Shown here piece by piece: positions 60,455 through 64,000 of a DNA stretch of 64,000 bases. A program made the translations under genes and the position numbers. Source of the DNA: Escherichia coli (GTDB taxonomy: Bacteria; Pseudomonadota; Gammaproteobacteria; Enterobacterales; Enterobacteriaceae); the NCBI RefSeq assembly GCF_036507355.1, contig NZ_AP027877.1; one strand, 5' to 3'. A model generated the notes under the pieces. It saw nothing but the letters and a program-made list of their open reading frames with translations. It made no database searches and had not been told where the DNA came from. Position 1 is the first letter of the stretch, and each line of letters begins with the position of its first letter.

Positions 60455-60943
60455 TCACAGTAGCCCGTGTTCAGCGAAAGACCAGGCTTTGTCGCCTCCC
60501 ACAATGAGATGGTCGGTCACGCGGATATCCAGCAACGCCAGTGCGTCTGTAATTTTTTGGGTAATGAGTTTATCGGCCTGGCTCGGTTCAGGCTCACCAC
60601 TGGGATGGTTATGCACCAGTATCACAGCAGCAGCGTTGTGCGTCAGTGCCAAGCTGACTATTTCGCGGGGATAAACCATCGTCTGGCTCAGCGTACCGAT
60701 AAACAATGTCTGGTAGCCGAGAATATGATGTTGCTGTGAAAGCATTATCACACCAAAAGATTCACGGTTTTCAAGCGCCAGCTTCATCACCAGCCACTGA
60801 CGTACATCTTCAGATGAGGTGATTTTTCGGCGATTGCGAAACTGGCGGGTCAGCAATGAATGGGCAAACCGGATAATCTGTTCGCGGGTAACCGGCTCCA
60901 GCGTCTGATAATGACCGCTACGATCACTTGCGATAAACGTCAT
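60455..60943 (-). CDS. RadC-like JAB/MPN-domain protein (YeeS/YfjY-like)
   Basis: JAMM motif HNHPSGEPEPSQAD and C-terminal DHLIVGGDKAWSFAEHGLL; start set to Met 60943 to avoid overlap with upstream ORF (alternative 60997). Confidence 0.7.
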   Translation of the reverse strand: MTFIASDRSGHYQTLEPVTREQIIRFAHSLLTRQFRNRRKITSSEDVRQWLVMKLALENRESFGVIMLSQQHHILGYQTLFIGTLSQTMVYPREIVSLALTHNAAAVILVHNHPSGEPEPSQADKLITQKITDALALLDIRVTDHLIVGGDKAWSFAEHGLL

Positions 60944-60965
60944 GATGTACTCCTTACCTTTTAGT

Positions 60966-61589
60966 TCAGAATTCACGTTCAACAAAGTAAATGGCATCCG
61001 GCAGCAACGTATGGCGCTTCAGCTCAGGTTGTACTGAAAACGTGTCCTTTCGCTGGCTGCGTATCCCCAGGCTATCAAACAAAAACAACCGGGTAGCATC
61101 GGTACGAACCACCACTGACCAGTGCCATGTGGTCCCCATAATCACCACGCGCTGCGCCTGATTCTCCGGTGAAGCCAGCCAGTCGCTGATATCATGAAAT
61201 ATTCGGTGAGTTCTCAAGGTTCGATAACGGAAGGGAGTATGAAAATAGAGGGGATAATGTTGGGCGTAATGCCCTCTCAGCAGAACATCTGCTATCAGGT
61301 GGTCCATCTGCTCTTCATCCAGGCCAAGCGTCAGGAGATCAAATAAGTCCCATCGTCGCTTATAGCTGCTTAGCAGGCGGTACATTAATTTTTCCCGCCT
61401 TACCCTGCCGTCATAGAGGTAACTCAGGGTATTAATCAGGCTGTAGATGCCACACAAATAGTCATGCTGTCCCTGGCGGGACGCATGAACGTCTCGAGGA
61501 AGTGTCATTGTAAATTTCCGGGATAAGTGATGGCTGTGAACCAGCCGGAATGGTGGTGATACAGTGGCTGAGCGCATGATGGCAGCCAC
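60966..61589 (-). CDS. Hypothetical protein with conserved-looking Cys and His (possible cysteine-hydrolase fold)
   Basis: 207-aa ORF; LCGIYSL near N-terminus and HWSVVV near C-terminus; sits where CP4-like elements usually carry an anti-restriction gene but does not resemble ArdB/KlcA by eye. Confidence 0.4.
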   Translation of the reverse strand: MAAIMRSATVSPPFRLVHSHHLSRKFTMTLPRDVHASRQGQHDYLCGIYSLINTLSYLYDGRVRREKLMYRLLSSYKRRWDLFDLLTLGLDEEQMDHLIADVLLRGHYAQHYPLYFHTPFRYRTLRTHRIFHDISDWLASPENQAQRVVIMGTTWHWSVVVRTDATRLFLFDSLGIRSQRKDTFSVQPELKRHTLLPDAIYFVEREF

Positions 61590-61665
61590 TGTATAAATTA
61601 TAACAAAATCAATACATTAATGCAAGTGATTCTTGTTATCACTTATCCAGCGACTCCTTCACTTG

Positions 61666-62046
61666 TTACTGGTTAACGTCTCCTTCAGACAGGTCCCTTG
61701 CAACCTGAGCCAGAGCCTGCTGCAAAAGTTTATCCCTAGAGGCCGGTTTCATGGTACGGAACAACTGTATCCACAGGTTAAGCTGCTCGTCTGCTGAAGT
61801 ATCTGCCGCATCCCGCTCACTTTTCAACGCCATCCCTGCCGCGCTGATATGGTACAGAAACCCCTTCCCACTGGTGCGTTTGCGGCGGATTTCCGGATGT
61901 AGGGCTGTGAGCTTTTCCAGACGTAGCCGCGCCCATTTCGCTGTGCCCGGCATTCCTTCCATTCCGGCAAACTGCTCTGCTGTAAGCCACTCCCCACTGT
62001 CCGTCATTCCGGCATCACAGGGCTCAGTCATCTGTTCACTGCTCAT
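61666..62046 (-). CDS. Hypothetical acidic protein, possible DNA-binding regulator
   Basis: 126-aa ORF MSSEQMTEPCDAGMTDSGEWLTAEQFAGMEGMPGTAKWARLRLEKL...; the left end of IS5 abuts its 5' region. Confidence 0.4.
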   Translation of the reverse strand: MSSEQMTEPCDAGMTDSGEWLTAEQFAGMEGMPGTAKWARLRLEKLTALHPEIRRKRTSGKGFLYHISAAGMALKSERDAADTSADEQLNLWIQLFRTMKPASRDKLLQQALAQVARDLSEGDVNQ

Positions 62047-62077
62047 AAAATTTCACCTCTTATCAAAGCGTTAGTTA

Positions 62078-63272
<1,195 letters not shown>

Positions 63273-63416
63273 CTAAATGAGCGCAAATAACCACAAAAGG
63301 AACTTGATAACTTCCCTTTGTTTGCTTTTAATATCTCCGGTACTAACAACCCGGAGTGAATACATTGAGTAACTCAACAGATTCGCAAAAAAAAGCGAAG
63401 TAAGGGAAGTGCTGTT

Positions 63417-63635
63417 AACTGGCACCGGGCAGATATTGTCGCCGCCCTGCATAAGCGGGGACTTTCCCTGTCAGCTCTCTCCCGGCAACACGGGCTGGCT
63501 TCCAGGACGCTGAATAACGCTTTTGAGCGCCACTATCCGCGGGCGGAAAAGATTATTGCGGAGGCACTGAACACTACGCCCGAAACCATCTGGCCTGAGC
63601 GCTATGCAGGTAGGTCTGTCAAAAACGAAAGCTGA
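63417..63635 (+). CDS. Ner/Nlp-like DNA-binding protein, lacking an in-frame ATG start (possibly truncated)
   Basis: Frame encodes NWHRADIVAALHKRGLSLSALSRQHGLASRTLNNAFERHYPRAEKIIAEALNTTPETIWPERYAGRSVKNES, resembling Ner-like regulators; no ATG between the upstream stop (63366-63368) and this segment. Confidence 0.45.
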   Translation, partial: NWHRADIVAALHKRGLSLSALSRQHGLASRTLNNAFERHYPRAEKIIAEALNTTPETIWPERYAGRSVKNES

Positions 63636-63647
63636 AGAAAGCATGTT

Positions 63648-64000
63648 ATGTCGACCACCATTACTGAAGTAACGGAATGCTTTGAGTACCTTTTTAGTTC
63701 CCTTTACCGGAAAGCATTTGTCAAAACCCTGCGCCTTAACGAATGCAGTGAACGGGAGTTGCTACCGCTGGTACGCTGCTACCTGCTGGGTTGGTTTGCC
63801 GACAGCGTCTCACCGGAAGTCCGGGGGAAACTGCCCGGCAGTATCTCCGGGCATGGCTATATTGATTTCGTCATTGACGATGTGGCAGTGGAGTTCGCCG
63901 TCCGTAAGCCAGGAGCCGCCCGTTCTGCACTGTCAGCCTCAGTCAACAGCACGGAGGTAAAGAAACTGATGAAGTATGACGGCAAAGCCCTGCTGGTACT
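63648..64000 (+). CDS. Hypothetical protein, 5' portion (ORF runs off window end)
   Basis: ATG at 63648 opens MSTTITEVTECFEYLFSSLYRKAFVKTLRLNECSERELLPLVRCYLLGWFADSVSPEV... with no stop before position 64000. Confidence 0.4.
   Translation, partial: MSTTITEVTECFEYLFSSLYRKAFVKTLRLNECSERELLPLVRCYLLGWFADSVSPEVRGKLPGSISGHGYIDFVIDDVAVEFAVRKPGAARSALSASVNSTEVKKLMKYDGKALLV

Noticed and set aside
61751-62074. 107-aa plus-strand ORF abutting the IS5 left end
   Set aside because: Overlaps the more plausible minus-strand 126-aa gene almost completely; Ser/Arg-rich antisense-like composition.
63682-63960. 92-aa plus-strand ORF
   Set aside because: A different frame over the same DNA (starting ATG 63648) stays open to the window end and gives a more protein-like translation; the track ORF is likely the wrong frame.

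Overview
This window is an Escherichia coli chromosomal segment. It reads as the reverse complement of the K-12 oppA–ychF region, identified by recognising the translated proteins and tRNA sequences from memory, not by database search.

Positions 1–45.9 kb are conserved core genome: oppB (5' end), oppA, ychE, adhE, tdk, hns, galU, rssB, rssA, ychJ, purU, the tyrT–tyrV tRNA-Tyr operon with rtT repeats, narGHJI, narK, narXL, ychO, ychN, chaCBA, ldr/rdl long direct repeats, kdsA, sirB1, sirB2, prmC, prfA, hemA, lolB, ispE, prs, dauA, ychH, pth and ychF. Three insertion sequences interrupt this backbone: an intact 1426-bp IS4 inside the adhE terminator hairpin, an IS3-family element inside the second ldr/rdl repeat, and more IS copies further right.

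From about 46.0 kb to the window end the sequence is a mosaic accessory island that K-12 lacks at this position. It starts with a P4-type integrase directly downstream of the ychF terminator, with no tRNA target. It then contains an IS21-family remnant, an IS3-family OrfA remnant and an IS1, followed by the most interesting gene: a strongly AT-rich 1300-aa P-loop NTPase with a transmembrane hairpin between Walker A and Walker B (KAP/YobI-like), which I propose as a candidate single-gene phage-defence or conflict system. Upstream of it sit an AlpA regulator, a putative HUH replication initiator, a divergent regulator, a second GC-rich tyrosine recombinase, a CbtA/CbeA-like toxin–antitoxin pair, a RadC-like protein, several unknowns, a frameshifted IS5, a Ner-like gene and a partial ORF.

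No CRISPR array and no rRNA were seen. Most antisense or overlapping ORFs in the six-frame track are judged spurious.
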